64,000 nucleotides of DNA from assembly GCF_009914755.1 (NCBI RefSeq), contig NC_060937.1; one strand, 5' to 3'. This stretch comes from the human T2T-CHM13v2.0 reference genome, Homo sapiens. Below, in pieces: positions 32,101 to 48,600 of the stretch (position 1 is its first letter; every line of letters starts with the position of its first letter). The notes under the pieces were generated by a model. It had not been told where the DNA came from, did not search any database, and saw only the letters and a list, made by a program, of their open reading frames with translations. Both the position numbers and the translations under genes were made by a program.

Positions 32101-35100
32101 TTACATCAAATATATATTATAATAGGAACATAAAATATGAAAGTACATCAAATATAAATTATATACTGTAAATAAAATACCATAGAACCCCAAATATATA
32201 TTATATACTGCACATGAAATATCAAAGTTCACAAACTATATATTATATACTGTATATTAAATATCAAAGTACCCAAGGTATATATTCTATACTGTACAAA
32301 AAATATCAAAGTACCCAAAGCATGTATTATATACTGTTCATAAAATATGAAAGTACATCAAATATATATTTTATTCTGTACATAAAATATCAAAGTACAC
32401 CAAATATATATTCTATAGTGTACATAAAGTATCAAATTACCCAAACTATACATTATATACTGTACATAATATATGAAATTACATCAAATATATATTATAT
32501 TAGGTACATAAAATATGAAAGTACATCAAATATATATTATATAGTCTACATAAAATACCAAAGTACCCCAAATACGTATTATATACTGTACATGCAATAT
32601 CAAAGTTCACACACTATATATTATATACTGTACATAAAATATCAAAGTACCGAAGCTATATATTCTATACTGTACAAAAAATATCAAAGTACCCAAAGCA
32701 TGTATTATATACTGTACATAAAATTTGAAAGTACATCAAATATATATTTTATTCTGTACATAAAATATCAAAGTACACCAAATATATATTCTATAGTGTA
32801 CATAAAATATGAAATTACCCAAACTATACATTATATACTGTACATAAAATATGAAATTACATCAAATATATATTATAATAGGTACATAAAATATGAAATT
32901 ACATCAAATATAAATTATATACTGTACATAAAATACCAAAGAACCCCAAATATATATTATATACTGTACATGAAATATCAAAGTTCACAAACTATATATT
33001 ATATACTGTATATAAAATATCAAAGTACCCAAGGTATATATTCTATACTGTACAAAAAATATCAAAGTACCCAAAGCATGTATTATATACTGTTTATAAA
33101 ATATGAAAGTACATCAAATATATATTTTATTCTGTACATAAAATATCAAATTACACCAAATATATATTCTATAGTGTACATTAAATATCAAACTACCCAA
33201 ACTATACATTATATACTGTACATAAAATATGAAATTACATCAAATATATATTATATTAGGTACATAAAATATGAAAGAACATCAAATATATATTATATAC
33301 TGTACATAAAATACCAAAGTACCCCAAATATACATTATATACTGTACATGAAATATCAAAGTTCACAAACTATATATTATATACTGTACATAAAATATCA
33401 AAGTACCAAAGGTATATATTCTATACTCTACAAAAAATATCAAAGTACCCAAAGCATGTATTATATACTGTACATAAAATATGAAAGTACATCAAATATA
33501 TATTTTATTCTGTACATAAAATATCAAAGTACACCAAATATATATTCTATAGTGTACATAAAATATCAAAGTACCCAAACTGTACACTACATACTGTACA
33601 TAAAATATGAAATTACATCAAATATATATTATATTAGGTACATAAAATATGAAAGTACATCAAATATATATTATATACTGTACATAAAATACCAAAGTAC
33701 CCCAAATACATACTATATACTGTACATGATATATCAAAGTTCACAAACTATATATTATATACTGTACATAAAATATCAAAGTATCAAAGGTGTATATTCT
33801 ATACTGTACAAAAAATATCAAAGTACCCAAAGCATGTATTATATACTGTACATAAAATATGAAAGTACATCAAATATATATTTTATTTTGTACATAAAAT
33901 ATCAAAGTACACCAAATATATATTCTACAGTTTACATAAAATATCAAAGTACCCAAACTATACATTATATACTGTACATAAAACATGAAATTACATCAAA
34001 TATATATTATATTAGGTACATAAAATATGAAAGTACATCAAATATAAATTATATACTGTACATAAAATACCAAAGTACCCCAAATATATATTATATACTG
34101 TACATGCAATATCAAAGTTCACAAACTATATATTATATACTGTACATAAAATATCAAAGTACCGAAGGTATATATTCTATACTCTACAAAAAATATCAAA
34201 GTACGCAAAGCATGTATTATATACTGTACATAAAATATGAATGTACATCAAATATATATTACATTAGGTACATAAAATATGAAAGTATATCAAATATAAA
34301 TTATATACTGTACATAAAATACCAAAGAACCCCAAATATATACTATATACTGTACATGAAATATCAAAGTTCACAAACTATATATTATATACTGTACATA
34401 AAATGTCAAAGTACTGAAGGTATATATTCTATACTGTACAAAAAATATCAAAGTACCCAAAGCAAGTATTATATACTGTACATAAAATATGAAAGTACAT
34501 CAAATATGTATTTTATTCTGTACACAAAATATCAAAGTACACCAAATATATATTCTATAGTGTACATAAAATATCAAAGTACCCAAACTATACATTATAT
34601 ACTGTACATAAAATATGAAATTACATCAAATATATATTATATTAGGTACATAAAATATGAAAGTACATCAAATATAGATTATATACTGTACATAAAATAC
34701 CAAAGTACCCCAAATACATATTATATACTGTACATGAAATATCAAAGTTCACAAACTATATATTATATACTGTACATAAAATATCAAAGTACCGAAGGTA
34801 TATATTCTATACTGTACAAAAAATATCAAAGTACCCAAAGCAAGTATTATATACTGTACATAAAATATGAAAGTACATCAAATATATATTTTATTCTGTA
34901 CATAAAATATCAAAGTACACCAAATATATATTCTATAGTGTACATAAAATATGAAATTACCCAAACTATACATTATATACTGTACATAAAATATGAAATT
35001 ACATCAAATATGTATTATATTAGGTACATAAAATATGAAAGTACATCAAATATATATTATATACTGTACATAAAATACCAAAGTACCCCAAATATACATT

Positions 35101-38100
35101 ATATACTGTACATGAAATATCAAAGTTCACAAACTATATATTATATACTGTACATAAAATATCAAAGTACCAAAGATATATATTCTATACTCTACAAAAA
35201 ATATCAAAGTACCCAAAGCATGTATTATATACTGTACATAAAATATGAAAGTACATCAAATATATATTTTATTCTGTACATAAAATATCAAAGTACACCA
35301 AATATATATTCTATAGTGTACATAAAATATCAAAGTACCCAAACGGTACACTACATACTGTACATAAAATATGAAATTACATCAAATATATATTATATTA
35401 GGTACATAAAATATGAAAGTACATCAAATATACATTATATACTGTACATAAAATACCAAAGTACCCCAAATATATATTATATACTGTACATGAAATATCA
35501 AATTTCACAAACTATATATTATATACTGTACATAAAATATCAAAGTACCGAAGCTATATATTCTATACTGTAAAAAAATATCAAAGTACCCAAAGCATGT
35601 ATTATATACTGTACATAAAATATGAAAGTACATCAAATATATATTTTATTCTGTACATAAAATATCAAAGTACACCAAATATATATTCTATAGTGTACAT
35701 AAAATATCAAAGTACCCAAACTATACATTATATACTGTACATAAAATATGAAATTACATCAAATATATATTATGTTAGGTACATAAAATATGAAAGTACA
35801 TCAAATATAGATTATATACTGTACATAAAATACCAAAGTACCCCAAATACATATTATATACTGTACATGCAATATCAAAGTTCACAAACTATATATTATA
35901 TACTGTACATAAAATATCAAAGTACCCAAGGTATATATTCTATACTGTACAAAAAATATCAAAGTACCCAAAGCATGTATTATATACTGTACATAAAATA
36001 TGAAAGTACATCAAATATATATTTTATTCTGTACATAAAATGTAAAAGTACACCAAATATATATTCTATAGTGTACATAAAATATCAAAGTACCCAAACT
36101 ATACATTATATACTGTACATAAAATATGAAATTACATCAAATATATATTATATTAGGTACATAAAATATGAAAGTACATCAAATATAAATTATATACTGT
36201 ATATAAAATACCAAAGAATCCCAAATATATATTATATACTGTACATGAAATATCAAAGTTCACAAACTATATATTATATACTGTATATAAAATATCAAAG
36301 TACCCAAGGTATATATTCTATACTGTACAAAAAATATCAAAGTACCCAAAGCATGTATTATATACTGTTCATAAAATATGAAAGTACATCAAATATATAT
36401 TTTATTCTGTACATAAAATATCAAAGTACACCAAATATATATTCTATAGTGTACATAAAATATCAAAGTACCCAAACTATACATTATATACTGTACATAA
36501 AATATGAAATTACATCAAATATATATTATATTAGGAAAATAAAATATGAAAGTATATGAAATATATATTATATACTGTACGTAAAATACCAAAGTACCCC
36601 AAATACATATTATATACTGTACATGAAATATCAAAGTTCACAAACTATATATTATATACTGTACATAAAATATCAAAGTACCCATGGTACATATTCTATA
36701 CTGTACAAAAAATATCAAAGTACCCAAAGCAAGTATTATGTACTGTACATAAAATATGAAAGTACATCAAATATATATTTTATTCTGTACATAAAATATC
36801 AAAGTACACCAAATATATATTCTATAGTTTACATAAAATATCAAAGTACCCAAACTATACATTATATACTGTACATAAAATATGAAATTACATCAAATAT
36901 ATATTATATTAGGTACATAAAATATGAAAGTACATCAAATATAAATTTTATACTGCACATAAAATGCCAAAGTACCCCAAATATATATTATATACTGTAC
37001 ATGCAATATCAAAGTTCACAAACTATATATTATATACTGTACATAAAATATCAAAGTACCGAAGGTATATATTCTATACTGTACAAAAAATATCAAAGTA
37101 CGCAAAGCATGTATTATATACTGTACATAAAATATGAAAGTACGTCAAATATATATTACATTAGGTACATAAAATATGAAAGTATATCAAATATAAATTA
37201 TATACTGTACATAAAATACCAAAGAACCCCAAATATATACTATATACTGTACATGAAATATCAAAGTTCACAAACTATATATTATATACTGTACATAAAA
37301 TGTCAAAGTACCCAAGGTATATATTCTATACTGTACAAAAAATATCAAAGTACCCAAAGCAAGTATTATATACTGTACATAAAATATGAAAGTACATCAA
37401 ATATGTATTTTATTCTGTACACAAAATATCAAAGTACACCAAATATATATTCTATAGTGTACATAAAATATCAAAGTACCCAAACTATACATTATATACT
37501 GTACATAAAATATGAAATTACATCAAATATATATTATATTAGGTACATAAAATATGAAAGTACATCAAATATAGATTATATACTGTACATAAAATACCAA
37601 AGTACCCCAAATACATATTATATACTGTACATGCAATATCAAATTTCACAATCTATATATTATATACTGTACATAAAATATCAAAGTACCGAAGGTATAT
37701 ATTCTATACTGTACAAAAAATATCAAAGTACCCAAAGCAAGTATTATATACTGTACATAAAATATGAAAGTACATCAAATATATATTTTATTCTGTACAT
37801 AAAATATCAAAGTACACCAAATATATATTCTATAGTTTACATAAAATATCAAAGTACCCAAACTATACATTATATACTGTACATAAAATATGAAATTACA
37901 TCAAATATATATTATATTAGGTACATAAAATATGAAAGTAAATCAAATATAAATTATATACTGTACATAAAATACCAAAGTACCCCAAATATATATTATA
38001 TACTGTACATGCAATATCAAAGTTCACAAACTATATATTATATACTGTACATAAAATATCAAAGTACCGAAGGTATATATTCTATACTCTACAAAAAATA

Positions 38101-39620
38101 TCAAAGTACGCAAAGCATGTATTATATACTGTACATAAAATATGAATGTACATCAAATATATATTTTATTCTGTACATAAAATATCAAAGTACACCAAAT
38201 ATATATTCTATAGTGTACATAAAATATCAAAGTACCCAAACTATACATTATATACTGTACAAAAAATATGAAATTACATCAAATATATATTATATTAGGT
38301 ACATAAAATATGAAAGTACATCAAATATAGATTATATACTGTACATAAAATACCAAAGAACCCCAAATATATATTATATACTGTACATGAAATATCAAAG
38401 TTCACAAACTATATATTATATACTGTACATAAAATATCAAAGTACCCAAGGTATATATTCTATACTGTACAAAAAATATCAAAGTACCCAAAGCATGTAT
38501 TATATACTGTTAATAAAATATGAAAATACATCAAATATATATTTTATTCTGTACATAAAATATCAAAGTACAACAAATATATATTCTATAGTGTACATAA
38601 AATATCAAATTACCCAAACTATACATTATCTACTGCACATAAAATACGAAATTACATCAAATATATATTATATTAGGTACATAAAATATGAAAGTACATC
38701 AAATATAAATTATATACTGTACATAACATATCAAAGTACCCCGAATATATATTATATACTGTACATGAAATATCAAAGTTCACAAACTATATATTATATA
38801 CTGTACATGAAATATCAAAGAACCCAAGGTATATATTCTATACTGTACAAAAAATATCAAAGTACGCAAAACATGTATTATATAGTGTTCATAAAATATG
38901 AAAGTACATCAAATATATATTTTATAATCTACATAAAATATCAAACTACACCAAATATATATTCTATAGTGTACATAAAATATCAAAGTACCCAAACTAT
39001 ACATTATATACTGTACATAAAATATGAAATTACATCAAATATATATTACATTAGGTACATAAAATATGAAAGTACATCAAATATAGATTATATACTCTAC
39101 ATAAAATATCAAAGTACCACAAATATACATTATATAGTGTACATGAAATATCAAAGCTCACAAACTATATATTATATACTGTACATAAAATATGAAATTA
39201 CCCAATGTATATATTCTATATTGTACAAAAAATATCAAAGTACCCAAAGCATGTATTATATACTGTACATAAAATATGAAAGTACATCAAATATATATTT
39301 TATTCTGTACATAAAATATCAAAGTACACCAAATATATATTCTATAGTGTACATAAAATATCAAAGTACCCAAACTATACATAATAATCTGTACATAAAA
39401 TATGAAATTACATCAAATATATACTATATTATGTACATAAAATATGAAAGTAGATCAAATATAGATTATATACCGTACATAAAATACCAAAGTACCCCAA
39501 ATACATATTTTATACTGTACATGCAATATCAAAGTTCACAAACTATATATAATATACTGTACATAAAATATCAAAGTACCGAAAGTATATATTCTATACT
39601 GTACGAAAAATATTAAAGTA
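23101..39620 (+). repeat. Layer 2: diverged canonical 378-bp 9-mer HSat1A
   Basis: Monomer order A-I repeats at 378 bp with many private substitutions per unit. Markers agcatgtattatatac, ttctatagtgtac and atgcaatatc; the layer-1 marker set is essentially absent. Confidence 0.88.
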
Positions 39621-42600
39621 CCCAAAGCATGTATTATATACTGTACATAAAATATGAAAGTACATCAAATATATATTTTATTCTGTACATAAAATATCAA
39701 AGTACACCAAATATATATTCTATAGTGTACATAAAATATCAAAGTACCCAAACTATACATTATATACTGTACATAAAATATGAAATTACATCAAATATAT
39801 ATTATATTAGGTACATAAAATATGAAAGTACATCAAATATAAATTATATACTGTACATAAAATACCAAAGAACCCCAAATACATATTATATACTGTACAT
39901 GAAATATCAAAGTTCACAAACTATATATTATATACTGTACATAAAATATCAAAGTACCCAAGGTATATATTCTATACTGTACAAAAAATATCAAAGTACC
40001 CAAAGCATGTATTATATACTGTTCATAAAATATGAAAGTACATCAAATATATATTTTATTCTGTACATAAATATCAAATTACCCCAAATATATATTCTAT
40101 AGTGTACATCAAATATCAAACTACCCAAACTATACATTATATACTGTACATAAAATATGAAATTACATCAAATATATATTATATTAGGTACATAAAATAT
40201 GAAAGTACATCAAATATAGATTATATACTGTACTTAAAATACCAAAGAACCCCAAATATATATTATATACTGTACATGAAATATCAAAGTTCACAAACTA
40301 TATATTATATACTGTACATAAAATATCAAAGTACCCAAGGTATATATTCTATACTGTACAAAAAATATCAAAGTACCCAAAGCATGTATTATATAGTGTA
40401 TATAAAATATGAAAGTACATCAAATATATATTTAATTCTGTACATAAAATATCAAAGTACACCAAATATATATTCTATACTGTACATAAAATATCAAAGT
40501 ACCCAAACTATACATTATATACTGTACATAAAATATGAAATTACATCAAATATATATTATATTAGGTACATAAAATATGAAAGTACATCAAATATAGATT
40601 ATACACTGTACATAAAATACCAAAGTACCCCAAATATATATTATATACTGTACATGAAATATCAAAGTTCACAAACTATATATTATATACTGTACATAAA
40701 ATATCAAAGTACCCAAGGTATATATTCTATACTGTACAAAAAATATCAAAGTTCCCAAAGCATGTATTATATACTGTTAATAAAATATGAAAGTACATCA
40801 AATATATATTTAATTCTGTACATAAAATATCAAAGTACACCAAATATATATTCTATAGTGTACATAAAATATCAAAGTACCCAAACTATACATTATATAC
40901 TGTACATAAAATATGAAATTACATCAAATATATATTATATTAGGTACATAAAATATGAAAGTACATCAAATATAGATTATATACTGTACATAAAATACCA
41001 AAGTACCCCAAATACATATTATATACTGTACATGAAATATCAAAGTTCACAAACTATATATTGTATACTGTACATAAAATATCAAAGTACCGAAGGGATA
41101 TATTCTATACTGTACAAAAAATATCAAAGTACCCAAAGCATGTATTATATACTGTACATAAAATATGAAAGTACATGAAATATATATTTTATTCTGTACA
41201 TAAAATATCAAAGTACACCAAATATATATTCTATAGTGTACATAAAATATCAAAGTACCCAGACTATACATTATATACTGTACATAAAACATGAAATTAC
41301 ATCCAATATATATTATATTAGGTACATAAAATATGAAAGTACATCAAATATAAATTATATACTGTACATAAAATACCAAAGTACCCCAAATATATATTAT
41401 ATACTGTACATGAAATATCAAAGTTCACAAACTATATATTATATACTGTACATAAAATATCAAAGTACCCAAGGTATATATTCTATACTGTACAAAAAAT
41501 ATCAAAGTACCCAAAGCATGTATTATATAGTGTATATAAAATATGAAAGTACATCAAATATATATTTAATTCTGTACATAAAATATCAAAGTACACCAAA
41601 TATATATTCTATAGTGTACATTAAATATCAAACTACCCAAACTATACATTATATACTGTACATAAAATATGAAATTACATCAAATATATATTATATTAGG
41701 TACATAAAATATGAAAGTACATCAAATATAGATTATACACTGTACATAAAATACCAAAGAACCCCAAATATATATTATATACTGTACATGAAATATCAAA
41801 GTTCAAAAACTATATATTATATACTGTACATAAAATATCAAAGTACCCAAGGTATATATTCTATACTGTACAAAAAATATCAAAGTACCCAAAGCATGTA
41901 TTATATAGTGTATATAAAATATGAAAGTACATCAAATATATATTTAATTCTGTACATAAAATATCAAACTACACCAAATATATATTCTATACTGTACATA
42001 AAATATCAAAGTACCCAAACTATACATTATACACTGTACATAAAATATGAAATTACATCAAATATATATTATATTAGGTACATAAAATATGAAAGTACAT
42101 CAAATATAGATTATACACTGTACATAAAATACCAAAGAACCCCAAATATATATTATATACTGTACATGAAATATCAAAGTTCACAAACTATATATTATAT
42201 AATGTACATAAAATATCAAAGTACCCAAGGTATATATTCTATACTGTACAAAAAATATCAAAGTACGCAAACATGTATTATATACTGTACATAAAATATG
42301 AAATTACATCAAATATATATTATATTAGGTACATAAAATATGAAAGTACATCAAATATACATTATATAATGTACATAAAATACCAAAGTACCCCAAATAT
42401 ATATTATATACTGTACATGAAATATCAAAGTTCACAAACTATATATTATATACTGTACATAAAATATCAAAGTACCCAAGGTATATATTCTATACTGTAC
42501 AAAAAATATCAAAGTTCCCAAAGCATGTATTATATACTGTTAATAAAATATGAAAGTACATCAAATATATATTTAATTCTGTACATAAAATATCAAAGTA

Positions 42601-45600
42601 CACCAAATATATATTCTATAGTGTACATAAAATATCAAAGTACCCAAACTATACATTATATACTGTACATAAAATATGAAATTACATCAAATATATATTA
42701 TATTAGGTACATAAAATATGAAAGTACATCAAATATAGATTATATACTGTACATAAAATACCAAAGTACCCCAAATACATATTATATACTGTACATGAAA
42801 TATCAAAGTTCACAAACTATATATTGTATACTGTACATAAAATATCAAAGTACCGAAGGGATATATTCTATACTGTACAAAAATATCAAAGTACCCAAAG
42901 CATGTATTATATACTGTACATAAAATATGAAAGTACATGAAATATATATTTTATTCTGTACATAAAATATCAAAGTACACCAAATATATATTCTATAGTG
43001 TACATAAAATATCAAAGTACCCAGACTATACATTATATACTGTACATAAAACATGAAATTACATCCAATATATATTATATTAGGTACATAAAATATGAAA
43101 GTACATCAAATATAAATTATATACTGTACATAAAATACCAAAGTACCCCAAATATATATTATATACTGTACATGAAATATCAAAGTTCACAAACTATATA
43201 TTATATACTGTACATAAAATATCAAAGTACCCAAGGTATATATTCTATACTGTACAAAAAATATCAAAGTACCCAAAGCATGTATTATATAGTGTATATA
43301 AAATATGAAAGTACATCAAATATATATTTAATTCTGTACATAAAATATCAAAGTACACCAAATATATATTCTATAGTGTACATTAAATATCAAACTACCC
43401 AAACTATACATTATATACTGTACATAAAATATGAAATTACATCAAATATATATTATATTAGGTACATAAAATATGAAAGTACATCAAATATAGATTATAC
43501 ACTGTACATAAAATACCAAAGAACCCCAAATATATATTATATACTGTACATGAAATATCAAAGTTCACAAACTATATATTATATACTGTACATAAAATAT
43601 CAAAGTACCCAAGGTATATATTCTATACTGTACAAAAAATATCAAAGTACCCAAAGCATGTATTATATAGTGTATATAAAATATGAAAGTACATCAAATA
43701 TATATTTAATTCTGTACATAAAATATCAAAGTACACCAAATATATATTCTATACTGTACATAAAATATCAAAGTACCCAAACTATACATTATATACTGTA
43801 CATAAAATATGAAATTACATCAAATATATATTATATTAGGTACATAAAATATGAAAGTACATCAAATATAGATTATACACTGTACATAAAATACCAAAGA
43901 ACCCCAAATATATATTATATACTGTACATGAAATATCAAAGTTCACAAACTATATATTATATAATGTACATAAAATATCAAAGTACCCAAGGTATATATT
44001 CTATACTGTACAAAAAATATCAAAGTACGCAAACATGTATTATATACTGTACATAAAATATGAAATTACATCAAATATATATTATATTAGGTACATAAAA
44101 TATGAAAGTACATCAAATATACATTATATAATGTACATAAAATACCAAAGTACCCCAAATATATATTATATACTGTACATGAAATATCAAAGTTCACAAA
44201 CTATATATTATATACTGTACATAAAATATCAAAGTACCCAAGGTATATATTCTATACTGTACAAAAAATACCAAAGTTCCCAAAGCATGTATTATATACT
44301 GTTAATAAAATATGAAAGTACATCAAATATATATTTAATTCTGTACATAAAATATCAAAGTACACCAAATATATATTCTATAGTGTACATAAAATATCAA
44401 AGTACCCAAACTATACATTATATACTGTACATAAAATATGAAATTACATCAAATATATATTATATTAGGTACATAAAATATGAAAGTACATCAAATATAG
44501 ATTATATACTGTACATAAAATACCAAAGTACCCCAAATACATATTATATACTGTACATGAAATATCAAAGTTCACAAACTATATATTGTATACTGTACAT
44601 AAAATATCAAAGTACCGAAGGGATATATTCTATACTGTACAAAAAATATCAAAGTACCCAAAGCATGTATTATATACTGTACATAAAATATGAAAGTACA
44701 TGAAATATATATTTTATTCTGTACATAAAATATCAAAGTACACCAAATATATATTCTATAGTGTACATAAAATATCAAAGTACCCAAACTATACATTATA
44801 TACTGTACATAAAATATGAAATTACATCAAATATATATTATATTAGGTACATAAAATATGAAAGTACATCAAATATAAATTATATACTGTACATAAAATA
44901 CCAAAGAACCCCAAATACATATTATATACTGTACATGAAATATCAAAGTTCACAAACTATATATTATATACTGTACATAAAATATCAAAGTACCCAAGGT
45001 ATATATTCTATACTGTACAAAAAATATCAAAGTACCCAAAGCATGTATTATATACTGTTCATAAAATATGAAAGTACATCAAATATATATTTTATTCTGT
45101 ACATAAATATCAAATTACCCCAAATATATATTCTATAGTGTACATCAAATATCAAACTACCCAAACTATACATTATATACTGTACATAAAATATGAAATT
45201 ACATCAAATATATATTATATTAGGTACATAAAATATGAAAGTACATCAAATATAGATTATATACTGTACATAAAATACCAAAGAACCCCAAATATATATT
45301 ATATACTGTACATGAAATATCAAAGTTCACAAACTATATATTATATACTGTACATAAAATATCAAAGTACCCAAGGTATATATTCTATACTGTACAAAAA
45401 ATATCAAAGTACCCAAAGCATGTATTATATAGTGTATATAAAATATGAAAGTACATCAAATATATATTTAATTCTGTACATAAAATATCAAAGTACACCA
45501 AATATATATTCTATACTGTACATAAAATATCAAAGTACCCAAACTATACATTATATACTGTACATAAAATATGAAATTACATCAAATATATATTATATTA

Positions 45601-48600
45601 GGTACATAAAATATGAAAGTACATCAAATATAGATTATACACTGTACATAAAATACCAAAGTACCCCAAATATATATTATATACTGTATATGAAATATCA
45701 AAGTTCACAAACTATATATTATATACTGTACATAAAATATCAAAGTACCCAAGGTATATATTCTATACTGTACAAAAAATATCAAAGTTCCCAAAGCATG
45801 TATTATATACTGTTAATAAAATATGAAAGTACATCAAATATATATTTAATTCTGTACATAAAATATCAAAGTACCCAAGGTATATATTCTATAGTGTACA
45901 AAAAATATCAAAGTACGCAAACATGTATTATATACTGTACATAAAATATGAAATTACATCAAATATATATTATATTAGGTACATAAAATATGAAAGTACA
46001 TCAAATATACATTATATAATGTACATAAAATACCAAAGTACCCCAAATATATATTATATACTGTACATGAAATATCAAAGTTCACAAACTATATATTGTA
46101 TACTGTACATAAAATATCAAAGTACCGAAGGGATATATTCTATACTGTACAAAAAATATCAAAGTACCCAAAGCATGTATTATATACTGTACATAAAATA
46201 TGAAAGTACATGAAATATATATTTTATTCTGTACATAAAATATCAAAGTACACCAAATATATATTCTATAGTGTACATAAAATATCAAAGTACCCAGACT
46301 ATACATTATATACTGTACATAAAACATGAAATTACATCCAATATATATTATATTAGGTACATAAAATATGAAAGTACATCAAATATAAATTATATACTGT
46401 ACATAAAATACCAAAGTACCCCAAATATATATTATATACTGTACATGAAATATCAAAGTTCACAAACTATATATTATATACTGTACATAAAATATCAAAG
46501 TACCCAAGGTATATATTCTATACTGTACAAAAAATATCAAAGTACCCAAAGCATGTATTATATAGTGTATATAAAATATGAAAGTACATCAAATATATAT
46601 TTAATTCTGTACATAAAATATCAAAGTACACCAAATATATATTCTATAGTGTACATTAAATATCAAACTACCCAAACTATACATTATATACTGTACATAA
46701 AATATGAAATTACATCAAATATATATTATATTAGGTACATAAAATATGAAAGTACATCAAATATAGATTATACACTGTACATAAAATACCAAAGAACCCC
46801 AAATATATATTATATACTGTACATGAAATATCAAAGTTCACAAACTATATATTATATAATGTACATAAAATATCAAAGTACCCAAGGTATATATTCTATA
46901 CTGTACAAAAAATATCAAAGTACGCAAACATGTATTATATACTGTACATAAAATATGAAATTACATCAAATATATATTATATTAGGTACATAAAATATGA
47001 AAGTACATCAAATATACATTATATAATGTACATAAAATACCAAAGTACCCCAAATATATATTATATACTGTACATGAAATATCAAAGTTCACAAACTATA
47101 TATTATATACTGTACATAAAATATCAAAGTACCCAAGGTATATATTCTATACTGTACAAAAAATATCAAAGTTCCCAAAGCATGTATTATATACTGTTAA
47201 TAAAATATGAAAGTACATCAAATATATATTTAATTCTGTACATAAAATATCAAAGTACACCAAATATATATTCTATAGTGTACATAAAATATCAAAGTAC
47301 CCAAACTATACATTATATACTGTACATAAAATATGAAATTACATCAAATATATATTATATTAGGTACATAAAATATGAAAGTACATCAAATATAGATTAT
47401 ATACTGTACATAAAATACCAAAGTACCCCAAATACATATTATATACTGTACATGAAATATCAAAGTTCACAAACTATATATTGTATACTGTACATAAAAT
47501 ATCAAAGTACCGAAGGGATATATTCTATACTGTACAAAAAATATCAAAGTACCCAAAGCATGTATTATATACTGTACATAAAATATGAAAGTACATGAAA
47601 TATATATTTTATTCTGTACATAAAATATCAAAGTACACCAAATATATATTCTATAGTGTACATAAAATATCAAAGTACCCAGACTATACATTATATACTG
47701 TACATAAAACATGAAATTACATCCAATATATATTATATTAGGTACATAAAATATGAAAGTACATCAAATATAAATTATATACTGTACATAAAATACCAAA
47801 GTACCCCAAATATATATTATATACTGTACATGAAATATCAAAGTTCACAAACTATATATTATATACTGTACATAAAATATCAAAGTACCCAAGGTATACA
47901 TTCTATACTGTACAAAAAATATCAAAGTACCCAAAGCATGTATTATATAGTGTATATAAAATATGAAAGTACATCAAATATATATTTAATTCTGTACATA
48001 AAATATCAAAGTACACCAAATATATATTCTATAGTGTACATTAAATATCAAACTACCCAAACTATACATTATATACTGTACATAAAATATGAAATTACAT
48101 CAAATATATATTATATTAGGTACATAAAATATGAAAGTACATCAAATATAGATTATACACTGTACATAAAATACCAAAGAACCCCAAATATATATTATAT
48201 ACTGTACATGAAATATCAAAGTTCACAAACTATATATTATATACTGTACATAAAATATCAAAGTACCCAAGGTATATATTCTATACTGTACAAAAAATAT
48301 CAAAGTACCCAAAGCATGTATTATATAGTGTATATAAAATATGAAAGTACATCAAATATATATTTAATTCTGTACATAAAATATCAAAGTACACCAAATA
48401 TATATTCTATACTGTACATAAAATATCAAAGTACCCAAACTATACATTATATACTGTACATAAAATATGAAATTACATCAAATATATATTATATTAGGTA
48501 CATAAAATATGAAAGTACATCAAATATAGATTATACACTGTACATAAAATACCAAAGAACCCCAAATATATATTATATACTGTACATGAAATATCAAAGT

